From contig JBHGAY010000030.1 of the NCBI GenBank assembly GCA_041946735.1, forward strand, positions 1 to 61,852: a stretch of 61,852 nucleotides of DNA, in the 5' to 3' direction. This DNA is from Candidatus Eiseniibacteriota bacterium. GTDB taxonomy: Bacteria; Eisenbacteria; RBG-16-71-46; CAIMUX01; VGJL01. Shown in pieces: positions 28,251-36,941 of this stretch (position 1 is its first letter; every line of letters begins with the position of its first letter). The notes beneath the pieces are model-generated. The model had not been told where the DNA came from. It did no database searches and saw nothing but the letters and a program-made list of their open reading frames with translations. Made by a program: the position numbers and the translations under genes.

Positions 28251-30077
28251 ATGCTCGCGCGAGAAGATGGAATCCGTCATCTCATCTTCGGGTTTCTCTT
28301 GGCCTTGCTCATCGCCGGCGCTCTTTCGGCGATTTCTGGTTCTGGTTCTGCGGGCGGGCAGGCCCCGTCGCCGTCGACGAACGCTCCCGACGAGATGCAA
28401 CGGTTCGCTCTGCGCTTCTTCGACCGGACGGCCGGCGAAGAGACGTTCCTCGTCGGATCCGGCGAGCGCGCTTCGGTTCTCGAAATTCCGGCTCACGTGC
28501 GTGCGGACCTTCCCGGCCGGAGCGTGACGATGGATCAGAAGCTCCAGGTGGACGCTTCCACCCATGCGCTGCGCCAATACGAGCTGACGGCGATCGTGGC
28601 GGGCGCCACGCAAACGATCCGCTGCGAGAGGAAGGGCGACTCGATCCTCGTGTCGATCACGACGCCGACCGGCTCGATCCGCCGCGGCTTCGCCGAAACT
28701 CGCCCCGTCTACGTGCTCGACAACCTGCTCGTCAACCACCTTGCCCTCCTCGCCGAGACGCTTCACGAGCGGGGCTTCCCGGCGGAGACGCTGCGAGTCG
28801 TCGTGCCCCAGGTCGGCGCCGTGATCGACGCGGTCGTCGTTCCGAAGCCGCTCGAGCCCGGCGCCGCGACGCAGGCGGACAGCGCGGCCGTGCGTGACGT
28901 CGATCTGCAGCTCGGCGGCGTGACCGAGACGATGCGGATCGACGCGCGCGGCAGGCTGCTCGAGATGCGCGTCCCGTCCCAGGGGATCGCCTACACGCGC
29001 ATCGGCCCGGGGTCGGAGATCGCGGTCACGCCTCCCGGCGACGGGGCGCGGGGCGTCGTCCCGCCGTCCGGAGGAAGCACGGGACCCGGCGCGATCCCCG
29101 AAGGAACGGCGCCCAACGCGACGCCGCTCTTTCTCGAGCAGCCGGTGCGGATCCCGGCGGGCGGAGAAATCGAGCTGGACGGAGTTCTCACGTTTCCCCA
29201 GGGAGGGCAGCCGATTCCCTACGCCGGTATCGTTCTCGTGCAAGGCTCCGGCCCGCTCGATCGCGACGAGACGGTGGGACCGAACCGGCCGTTCCTCGAT
29301 CTCGCCCGCGGTCTCGCCGTCCAGGGGATTGCGACCCTCCGATTCGACAAGCGCACGCTCGCCGCTCCGCAGACATTCGATCCGGTCAAGGGAACGGTGA
29401 AAGAAGAGGTGATCGATGACGCCGTCGCCGCCCTCCAGTTCTTGCGCTACCAGCCGGAGATCGACGGACGCCGGATCTTCCTGCTCGGACATTCCCTCGG
29501 CGGAGGGCTCGCGGCGACGATCGCGCGGGAGGACCGCCGCGTGGCCGGCCTCGTCATCCTTGCGGGGACGCTCCGCCCGCTCGACGAGGTGCTCCGCGAC
29601 CAGATCGCGTATCTGAACCGCCTCGCCGCGGAACAGGGGACCCTGTCGGCCGAGCAGGAGCGGATGCAGCGCGACCTCGACGCGCGGCTCGACAGCCTGG
29701 CCGCCGGCCAGCTCCGTCCCGACGCGCGCGTCTATGGCATGAGCGCCCACTATCTGCAGGACTATCGATCGCGCGATCTCGAGGGCGACTTCCTCGCCTT
29801 CCCCGGCCCTGTTTTGATCCTCCAGGGCGGGAAGGATTATCAGGTGACCGCGGACAAGGACCTCGCGCTGTGGAAGAGCGTCGTCGGCGCGAGCGGGAAG
29901 AAGAACGTGACGATCCGGGAGTTCCCGAACCTCGGGCATCTCTTCATGCCGATCGAGGGCGTGCCGAGCCCCGCGGCCTATCAGGTGCCCGGGCACGTCG
30001 ATCCGGGAGTGATCGAGGCGATCTCGACGTTCGTCGAGGAGGCCCGCCGGGCCGGCCAGAGCCGCCGGGACCGATAG
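28251..30077 (+). CDS. Secreted alpha/beta hydrolase (esterase-like)
   Basis: GSGPLDRDE, RFDKR, GHSLG nucleophile, QGGKDYQV, LGHLF. Confidence 0.88.
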   Translation: MLAREDGIRHLIFGFLLALLIAGALSAISGSGSAGGQAPSPSTNAPDEMQRFALRFFDRTAGEETFLVGSGERASVLEIPAHVRADLPGRSVTMDQKLQVDASTHALRQYELTAIVAGATQTIRCERKGDSILVSITTPTGSIRRGFAETRPVYVLDNLLVNHLALLAETLHERGFPAETLRVVVPQVGAVIDAVVVPKPLEPGAATQADSAAVRDVDLQLGGVTETMRIDARGRLLEMRVPSQGIAYTRIGPGSEIAVTPPGDGARGVVPPSGGSTGPGAIPEGTAPNATPLFLEQPVRIPAGGEIELDGVLTFPQGGQPIPYAGIVLVQGSGPLDRDETVGPNRPFLDLARGLAVQGIATLRFDKRTLAAPQTFDPVKGTVKEEVIDDAVAALQFLRYQPEIDGRRIFLLGHSLGGGLAATIAREDRRVAGLVILAGTLRPLDEVLRDQIAYLNRLAAEQGTLSAEQERMQRDLDARLDSLAAGQLRPDARVYGMSAHYLQDYRSRDLEGDFLAFPGPVLILQGGKDYQVTADKDLALWKSVVGASGKKNVTIREFPNLGHLFMPIEGVPSPAAYQVPGHVDPGVIEAISTFVEEARRAGQSRRDR

Positions 30078-30100
30078 CCCCGCTCGGTCCGCCCGGAGCC

Positions 30101-30172
30101 GCCCGCGCTGCCCGGGATGCCCGCGATGCCCGCGATGCCCCCGCTGCCGCCGCTGCCCGGGACGCGCGCCGT
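30101..30172. repeat. Intergenic 9-bp tandem repeat (GCCCGCGAT-like, about 8 units)
   Basis: gcccgcgct gcccgggat gcccgcgat gcccgcgat gcccccgct gccgccgct gcccgggac gcgcgccgt. Confidence 0.75.
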
Positions 30173-30293
30173 GCCCCCCGCCATCCCCGAGCTCGCCGGT
30201 CGAGCCGGTTGGGCAGCATATCCTGGATCGCGCCGGGCTCTGCTACGATGTTTGGTCCGCAAAGGGTTTCGCCCAGGAGGAATCATCCTGCCC

Positions 30294-30935
30294 ATGAGCG
30301 TTCGGATCTTCACCGTGGAAGAAGCGAACGCGGTGCTCCCGGAAGTGGAGGCCGCCACCCGTTCGATTCGAGACATCACGAGCCGGCTCAGCGCGGCGCA
30401 AGATCGCCACGCGGTCCTGTCTGTGCTCGGGGCGGAAGCGGCGTCGAGCCCCGAGCATGCGGAGATCCTCGCCGTCGGTCTCGAGATGGAGAAGACCGTC
30501 GAGGAATACAACGCGGTTCTCGCGCAGCTTCAGGCCATCGGAGCCATTCTGAAGGACGCGCAGCACGGTCTCGTCGACTTCTACTCGAGGAGGAACGGCC
30601 GGCTGGTCTTCCTCTGCTGGAGGCTCGGCGAAGCGGTCGTCTCGCACTGGCACGAGATCCAGGGCGGATTCGGCGGGCGGAGACCGATCGAGGAGCTCCA
30701 GAGCGCGGAGACGGGCCGGCGGAAGGAGCCCGGAGAAGACGGCGCAGGCTTCGACGACGATGAAGACATCGACGACGGGGATGAAGACGACGAAGAAGAA
30801 GAGGACGGCGACGAGGACGACGACGAGGGCATCGACTTCGACGATGATGACGACGACGACGACGAGGATGACGAGGATGAGGATGAGGACGACATGGACG
30901 AGGACGAGGACGACGAGGACGAAGAAGAACGCTGA
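30294..30935 (+). CDS. DUF2203 family protein with a long Asp/Glu tail
   Basis: FTVEEANAVLP, LKD...GLVDF, FLCWRLGE...HWH...GFGGRRPI. Confidence 0.88.
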   Translation: MSVRIFTVEEANAVLPEVEAATRSIRDITSRLSAAQDRHAVLSVLGAEAASSPEHAEILAVGLEMEKTVEEYNAVLAQLQAIGAILKDAQHGLVDFYSRRNGRLVFLCWRLGEAVVSHWHEIQGGFGGRRPIEELQSAETGRRKEPGEDGAGFDDDEDIDDGDEDDEEEEDGDEDDDEGIDFDDDDDDDDEDDEDEDEDDMDEDEDDEDEEER

Positions 30936-30962
30936 GGCGAGCTTCGCCGGGAGGAGGATCGG

Positions 30963-32189
30963 ATGACCAGCGAGGCGGAGGGACCTCGCCGCGAGGTTCT
31001 CGAGCGGCGGGAGGCGATGATCGAGCTCCGGCGCGCGATTCACCAGCAACCGGAGCTAGGCATGAAGGAGGAGAGCACCGCCCGCGCGATCCTCGAGATC
31101 TTGAAGCCGGCGTTCCCGCAGGTCCGCGGCTCGGTGGGCGGGACCGGCGTGACCGCCCTGCTGTCCTCGCCCGGCAGCTCGTCGTCTCGCGCGATCCTCT
31201 TGCGAGCCGACATGGACGCGCTCCCGATCCAGGAGGAGACCGCAGCGCCCTACGCCTCGCGGCAGCCCGGCGTGATGCACGCATGCGGCCACGACGGCCA
31301 CGTCGCGATCCTCGCGCAGACCGCCCTCGTCGCCGCCGGCCCGATGGCGAAGCGCTTGCGCCATCCGGTCCGTTTCGTCTTCCAACCGGCGGAGGAAGGG
31401 CCGGGCGGCGCGTTGCCGATGATCCGGGCGGGCGTCCTCTCCGATCCGCCTGTCGAAGCCGCCTTTGGCCTGCACCTGTGGAGCGGCCTCCCTGCGGGAG
31501 TCGTGGCAGTCACCTCCGGGCCGATGATGGCCTCGGCCGACGAGTTCGAGCTGCGGATCGTCGGGCGCGGCGGGCACGGCGCCTCTCCGCACGAGACGGT
31601 CGACGCGGTCGTCGTCGCGAGCCACCTCGTCACCGCGCTCCAGACGCTCGTGTCGCGCAACGTCGACCCGATGCAGACAGCGGTCGTGACCGTCGGGATG
31701 CTCCACGCCGGCGACAACTTCAACATCATCGCGGAGACTGCGAGGCTCCGCGGCACGATCCGCTCGTTCCGCTCGGACGTCCGCGACCTCTTGATCCGGC
31801 GCCTGCGCGAGACGGCGGAGGGAATCTCGGCGACCTTCGGAGCGCGTTGCGAGTTCGTCTTCACCGAACATTACCCGCCGACGGTGAACGATCCGCGAAT
31901 GGCCGACTTCGTCGCGGACGTCGCCGCCGAGGTCGTCGGCCGGGAGAACGTCGTGCGAGATCTGGTCTCGATGGGCGCGGAGGACATGAGCTTCTTCCTG
32001 CAGGAGGTGCCGGGGGCCTACTTCTTCCTCGGCGCCCGGAACGAGTCGAAGGGGATCGTCCACCCGCATCACAGCCCTCACTTCGACATCGACGAAGAGG
32101 CGATGCCGATCGGCGCGGAGATCTTCCTGCGGATCTTGGAGCGCTATCCCGACGCGTTCCCCGAGCCGCCCGGCAAGCCGCGGCGGTAG
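30963..32189 (+). CDS. M20D family amidohydrolase
   Basis: LRADMDALP, MHACGHDGH, FQPAEEG, GRGGHGA, AEDM, HHSPHFD. Confidence 0.93.
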   Translation: MTSEAEGPRREVLERREAMIELRRAIHQQPELGMKEESTARAILEILKPAFPQVRGSVGGTGVTALLSSPGSSSSRAILLRADMDALPIQEETAAPYASRQPGVMHACGHDGHVAILAQTALVAAGPMAKRLRHPVRFVFQPAEEGPGGALPMIRAGVLSDPPVEAAFGLHLWSGLPAGVVAVTSGPMMASADEFELRIVGRGGHGASPHETVDAVVVASHLVTALQTLVSRNVDPMQTAVVTVGMLHAGDNFNIIAETARLRGTIRSFRSDVRDLLIRRLRETAEGISATFGARCEFVFTEHYPPTVNDPRMADFVADVAAEVVGRENVVRDLVSMGAEDMSFFLQEVPGAYFFLGARNESKGIVHPHHSPHFDIDEEAMPIGAEIFLRILERYPDAFPEPPGKPRR

Positions 32190-32229
32190 GGGCGGACGGC
32201 GGGCGCGCGGGCCGGCGGTGGCGTCATCG

Positions 32230-32754
32230 ATGCTCCTCATTCTCGTACGGCATGCGCACGCGAACTCCGCTGCGCCGGGCGAGGACGACGCTTCGCGCTC
32301 GCTATCCGAAGCCGGAGAGCGAGAGGCGGCTGCTGTTGCGGAGAGGCTGCGCGAGGCTCTGGAGGATCTCGGCTCCACCCCTCCGGGGATCCTCGCGAGC
32401 CCGAAGCGGCGCGCGATGGAGACGGCGCGGATCTTGGCGCGGGTGTTGGGGACCGCCGAACCGGCGGAGCACGCGGCCCTCGCGTCGTCCAACGATCCGG
32501 CGCGGCTCTTCGCCGCGCTGCCGGCGCCGCCGAATCCCGCCGCGCGCGGCCGCCAGCCGGCGATCCTGCTGGTCGGTCACGAGCCGGACATGGGACGGGC
32601 GCTCGCTTACCTGCTCGATCCGACCTGGCACGGGGCGATCCCGCTTCGGACCGCCGGCTTCGCGATCGTGGAGACCGAAGCGGTGCCGCCGAACCGGCCG
32701 GGCCGGCTCCGCCGATTCGGGGATGCGGGGAACGGCGCGTTCGCGAGCGGTTGA
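32230..32754 (+). CDS. SixA-like phosphohistidine phosphatase
   Basis: LVRHA, RSL, SPKRRAMETA, LVGHEP. Confidence 0.85.
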   Translation: MLLILVRHAHANSAAPGEDDASRSLSEAGEREAAAVAERLREALEDLGSTPPGILASPKRRAMETARILARVLGTAEPAEHAALASSNDPARLFAALPAPPNPAARGRQPAILLVGHEPDMGRALAYLLDPTWHGAIPLRTAGFAIVETEAVPPNRPGRLRRFGDAGNGAFASG

Positions 32755-32783
32755 AGAGCGACGCGGGCTCGTCCCTGCTCCGG

Positions 32784-33362
32784 TCAGTCTTGCTGCAGGA
32801 TCTCGCGCACCCAGCCGTCCAGAGCGGCTCGCGTCTGCACCTCGAGCAGGCTCGGACCCGGTTGTACCGTGTGGAGGCGCTTGTACTCCCGCCCCTCCTC
32901 GTCGAGGAGGACGAGATCGTCTTTGATGAGATCGTGGCGCTCGGCCACCTTCTCGAACTCATCGTCCTGGAGAATCGGAATCGTAAAGCCCTGATGGATG
33001 GCGTCGATGTTGTCGGCGTTGCGCGTGTTCAGGAACAGGGGCTGGACGGCGAGACCTTCCGTCTGCCAACCGATCGCAAGCAAGCCGAGAGCAGCGAACT
33101 GCTGCTGGCAGAAGCCTCACCCTCCTTCGCCGACGAGCACGACGACGGCTTTGCCGCGGAATGTCTCGATCGCCAGCCGCTCGCCGTAGGTGACCGAGGA
33201 AGGATTCACGTCCTCGAGCACGAAGCTCCAGCCCGAGTCGCCCGGATTGCTCGACTTGTCGTCGCCGCAGGACGCGGCGAATCCTGCCAGAAGGAGGGCC
33301 AGCAGCATCGCGGCCGCCGGCCGGCCCGCATGCCGCAAATCCGCGATTCGCTCGAACGTCAT
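32784..33362 (-). CDS. Thioredoxin-fold lipoprotein selenoprotein (UxxC), selenoprotein P N-domain-like
   Basis: ORFs 33117-33602 and 32784-33083 are in the same frame, joined across TGA 33117-33119: RGKAVVVLVGEGG-U-GFCQQQ. Lipobox-like LLLAGFAASC. Start 33362 (alternative 33308). Confidence 0.82.
33084..33109 (-). promoter_or_regulatory. Putative bacterial SECIS hairpin
   Basis: GCC-AGCAGC-AGTTC-GCTGCT-CTC-GGC; the loop starts after 16 nt downstream of the TGA and has G at its second position. Confidence 0.6.
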
Positions 33363-33600
33363 TGTCGCGCCTTTCCCGGCGGAGTTCGGCCGCCCGAGCA
33401 TCCGCCGCACCGAGTCCGGCAGCGAGGATATCCCAACCGGCCCCGGGCGCAAACGTCTTGCGCCGTGCCCGCCGCGGGCTTGTACGCTTCTGGCTCCGGC
33501 CGGCCAAGGACACGCGAGGCGGGCGAGAGACGGGGCCACGCGAGGCCGGGCGAGGTGTCGCGGGGCGAACGGACACAGGAGAAAGGAAGGCGCGAAGGAC

Positions 33601-34155
33601 ATGCTCTCGAAGGAACGGGCGGTGCTGCTGGTCGTCGACGTGCAGGGGCGGCTGTTGCCGTCGATTCATGACGCCGACGCGACGGTTTCCGCGATCACGC
33701 GCCTGGTGCGCGGCTTCGGGATCGCCGGAGCGCCCGTCGTGGTGACGGAGCAGTACCGCAAGGGTCTGGGTGAGACGGATCCTCGGATCCAGGAGGCGGT
33801 CCGCGAGGTGAGCGGCGGCTCCTTCGATCCGTACGAGAAGATGTCCTTCTCGTGCTGCCGCGACGAGACGTTCCGCGCCGCGATCGAGGCGCTCCGCCGG
33901 TCGCAGGTCGTCCTCTGTGGGATCGAATCGCACGTCTGCGTGCACCAGACCGCCCTCGATCTGCTCGGGGCGGGCTACGAGGTGCAGATCGCGGCGGACG
34001 CCGTGTCGTCCCGCTCGCCCCGCAACCGCGAGATCGCGCTCCAGAGGCTCGCTTCGGAGGGAGCGAAGCTGACGACGGTGGAAACGGCGGTCTTCGAGAT
34101 GCTCGAGGTGTGCGGGACGGACGCCTTCCGGGCCTGGTCGCGCCTGATCCGGTAG
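33601..34155 (+). CDS. Isochorismatase-family cysteine hydrolase
   Basis: LVVDVQGRL, TEQYRKGLG, KMSFSC, GIESHVCVHQT. Confidence 0.92.
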   Translation: MLSKERAVLLVVDVQGRLLPSIHDADATVSAITRLVRGFGIAGAPVVVTEQYRKGLGETDPRIQEAVREVSGGSFDPYEKMSFSCCRDETFRAAIEALRRSQVVLCGIESHVCVHQTALDLLGAGYEVQIAADAVSSRSPRNREIALQRLASEGAKLTTVETAVFEMLEVCGTDAFRAWSRLIR

Positions 34156-34156
34156 G

Positions 34157-35722
34157 CTAGGCCGTCCCTCCTTCCCCGAAGACGTCTTGCCGGGTCTGAT
34201 CGAAGAGGTCCTTGCCGCAGGCGAGCAGGAGCAGGCTCGGGGCGCTCTCCCGCGCGAGGTCGAGGACGTGGCCGATCAGGCGCCGGATGTCCCACTGCGC
34301 ATGGCTGTCCAGGCGCAGGCGCGCCACGTGGTAGAGCTCGCGCGCGTTGACGGTCCACAGGACCCGGCGGCGATGCGCGTTGAGCAGCAGGTACGGCGCC
34401 GCCTCGGCCGTCCCGCTCTCCAGCACGCGGGCGTGCAGCCTTTCCGCCTCCGCTCGAAGCTCCTCGAAGGGGCCATCGAGCCCTGTCGCCACGAACGACG
34501 GCGGGATGGTCACGCCGAGCGACACGTCGTAGTCCTGAGCGGTGAGGGTCGTCATTCGGTGGCGCTTGAGCTGCGCGAAGCAGGCGGCGGACGGCACGAG
34601 CTCGAACGTGAGCGCGGCGACCTCGAACTCGCGTGGCACCGGATCGTGGGGCGAGATCTCCTTCAGAAGATCGCGGAGCAGCTCCTCACGCCCGTTCGCG
34701 CCCAGGGCGGCCGCACGCTCGCGGCATGCCGCCGCGTCCCCGTGCCCATAGCTATGGAGGAGCGCCGCTACGACGAGCAGATCGGCATCCGGTGGCGCGG
34801 CGACGAGCACGGCCTCGGCGACCGGTCCTGCCGCTGAGGCGGCGGACGGCCGGGCGAGCGCCGCCGTCTGCTGGCCCCACCGCCTGGCGGCGGCGGCGCT
34901 GCGCGAGCGGGAGAAGGCCGGCGCCGTGTGCTTGACGATCGAGGGGGCGATCTCTCCGATCGAGGCGTGGAGCTTGCGCGAGAAATCCCGAAGCTCGGAG
35001 AGCGGGTGAGCCGCCGTGCGCGCGATCAAGCGCTCGAGACTCCGCGCGTTCCACGTCGCTCCCATCTGGACGGTCGTCGCGAGCGACAGGCCGTAGCGGG
35101 CGTCCTCCTTCGCGAGTCCCTCGAGAGTGCGCCGGTGCTTCTTCGATCCGGCGATCTCGGGATGGCGTTCGAGGACCCAGGGGAGCAGCGTCTCGTAGGC
35201 GGACCGGTAGAAGGCGTTCTGCCGCGCGATCGCCTCGCGCATCTCCTTCTCGAGGCCGAGCGCGACGATCTCCTCGGGGATCACGAACTCCTCCTCGAGC
35301 AGGATGTAGCGCTGCGACTTCTCCGTGTAGGAGCCGAGGCGCGTGCGCTGCACCTCCTCGACGGCGAGCCTCGAGATGCCGAGGATGTCGAGGTTGAAGA
35401 CGGCGTGCTCCGCGACCGAGGCGTGCCCGAAGCCGAAGATGATCGTCTCGTTGGAGCGGCGGGCCGCCTCGACCTCCTCGCGAGCCGCCGCGCGCAGCTC
35501 GTGGACGGCGCGCGGGTCGCGGCTGATTCGCGCGTAGGCGGCGGAGAGGGTCTCGGGGGTCCAGTTGTCCTTCTCGAGGAGGGCGGCGGCTTCGACGCGC
35601 GCCTCGTCCGCCTCCGCCGACAGTCCCGCCGGCAGATCGCGGACTCTCGCGAGCGCCCGCCGGATCTCGAGCAGCAGATCCCGATCGAGATTGTGTCCGG
35701 CGAGACGGATTTCGAGCGCCAT
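34157..35722 (-). CDS. thyX: FAD-dependent thymidylate synthase, tandem-domain type
   Basis: GHASVAEH, SYTEKSQRY, EDARY, and a second domain with QLKRHRM and HAQWDIR. Confidence 0.88.
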   Translation of the reverse strand: MALEIRLAGHNLDRDLLLEIRRALARVRDLPAGLSAEADEARVEAAALLEKDNWTPETLSAAYARISRDPRAVHELRAAAREEVEAARRSNETIIFGFGHASVAEHAVFNLDILGISRLAVEEVQRTRLGSYTEKSQRYILLEEEFVIPEEIVALGLEKEMREAIARQNAFYRSAYETLLPWVLERHPEIAGSKKHRRTLEGLAKEDARYGLSLATTVQMGATWNARSLERLIARTAAHPLSELRDFSRKLHASIGEIAPSIVKHTAPAFSRSRSAAAARRWGQQTAALARPSAASAAGPVAEAVLVAAPPDADLLVVAALLHSYGHGDAAACRERAAALGANGREELLRDLLKEISPHDPVPREFEVAALTFELVPSAACFAQLKRHRMTTLTAQDYDVSLGVTIPPSFVATGLDGPFEELRAEAERLHARVLESGTAEAAPYLLLNAHRRRVLWTVNARELYHVARLRLDSHAQWDIRRLIGHVLDLARESAPSLLLLACGKDLFDQTRQDVFGEGGTA

Positions 35723-35732
35723 GACGCCCGCC

Positions 35733-36941
35733 CTATCGCATCAGCGATTCGAAGAAGGTGACGACCGGATTGCGCCGCGGCACCGTCCCGGCGGCGACGG
35801 CCGGGCATTCCGCAGCGACGGAATCGCCCACCAGGACCTGCACGCGCCCCAGGGTCCAACCCTTCGCGATCGGCGCGCGTGTGCTCGGCGGCGTCGCGAC
35901 CGCGACGCGGATCTCAGGCGATTGGCCGCGCCGCGGCAAGAGGACAGACACGTCGTCGCCGGCGACCAGACGCACGGAGCCGAGGCGGCCCTCGTGGACG
36001 GCCATGGTCTGGCCCAGGTCCTGACCTTTCGCGACGACCTGCACACGCTGCCACTCGTTGTACACGCGGTCGAGGAGATCGGCCGACTCGGAGAAGCGGC
36101 GGGTGTTCGAGGAGGCGCCGAGGACGACGGAAATCAGGCGCATCCCGCCGCGCTCGGCGGTCGAGACGAGACAGAAGCCGGCCTTGCCGGTGTAGCCGGT
36201 CTTCAAGCCGTCGACTCCCGGGCAGCGGCCGAGGAGACGGTTCGTCGTGTGGATTCTCTGGAAGCCGCGCACCGTCGCGTACTCGGTCTGCGAGATTTCC
36301 AGAGCCTCGGGAATCTCGATCAGCCGGCGGGCGAGGATCGAGAGATCCCAGGCGGTGGTGACGTTCCCCGGCTCGTTCTTGCGGTCGAGGCCGTGAACGT
36401 TGCGGTAGGTGGTGGAGGCCATCCCCAGCTCTCGCGCGCGCTGATTCATCAGCCGGACGCATGCCTCGGGCGACCCGGCGAGCTGGACGGCCAGCGCCGT
36501 CGCCGCGTCGTTGGCGCTGGCGATCGCCGTCGCGTAGAGAAGATCCCGGATCGTGACGATCTCTCCCACCTTCAGACGAACGCGCGACCCGTAGACGCCG
36601 CGGATGTCGGATGGAACGGCGACGCGCTTCTCGAGGTTCAGGTCGCCGCGGCGGAGCGCCTCGAAGGTGAGAAGCTCGAGCATCATCTTGGCGAGACTCG
36701 CCGGGGCTCGCGGCGCATGAATGTCTTTCGCGTAGAGGATGCGCCCGGTCTCCGCCTCCATCACGAGCGCGGAGGCGTAGGTGGGACCGCGCACGATCCG
36801 CGCCGCCCGGTGCGGCGCGCGCTTGCGGGCGGGCCTGCGCTTGCGGGAGGCCGCCTGGGCATCGTGAACGGAAGCGACGAGCGTGAGAAGCGCGAGCAGG
36901 AGGGCGAGCAGGCGAGCGGAGGAGCCGCGGCGCCCGATCAC
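35733..36941 (-). CDS. D-alanyl-D-alanine carboxypeptidase (S11)
   Basis: ASLAK, SAN and KTG motifs; GTG start overlaps the upstream TAG. Confidence 0.9.
   Translation of the reverse strand: MIGRRGSSARLLALLLALLTLVASVHDAQAASRKRRPARKRAPHRAARIVRGPTYASALVMEAETGRILYAKDIHAPRAPASLAKMMLELLTFEALRRGDLNLEKRVAVPSDIRGVYGSRVRLKVGEIVTIRDLLYATAIASANDAATALAVQLAGSPEACVRLMNQRARELGMASTTYRNVHGLDRKNEPGNVTTAWDLSILARRLIEIPEALEISQTEYATVRGFQRIHTTNRLLGRCPGVDGLKTGYTGKAGFCLVSTAERGGMRLISVVLGASSNTRRFSESADLLDRVYNEWQRVQVVAKGQDLGQTMAVHEGRLGSVRLVAGDDVSVLLPRRGQSPEIRVAVATPPSTRAPIAKGWTLGRVQVLVGDSVAAECPAVAAGTVPRRNPVVTFFESLMR

Noticed and set aside
1800..33119. Alternative genetic code (UGA=Trp/Gly) as the explanation for the three in-frame TGAs
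   Set aside because: Many clear genes here (metE, thiD, thiE, thiL, hsp20, nhaR) end at TGA, often in ATGA overlaps, and Trp is encoded by TGG. The read-through TGAs occur only at CxxC positions.
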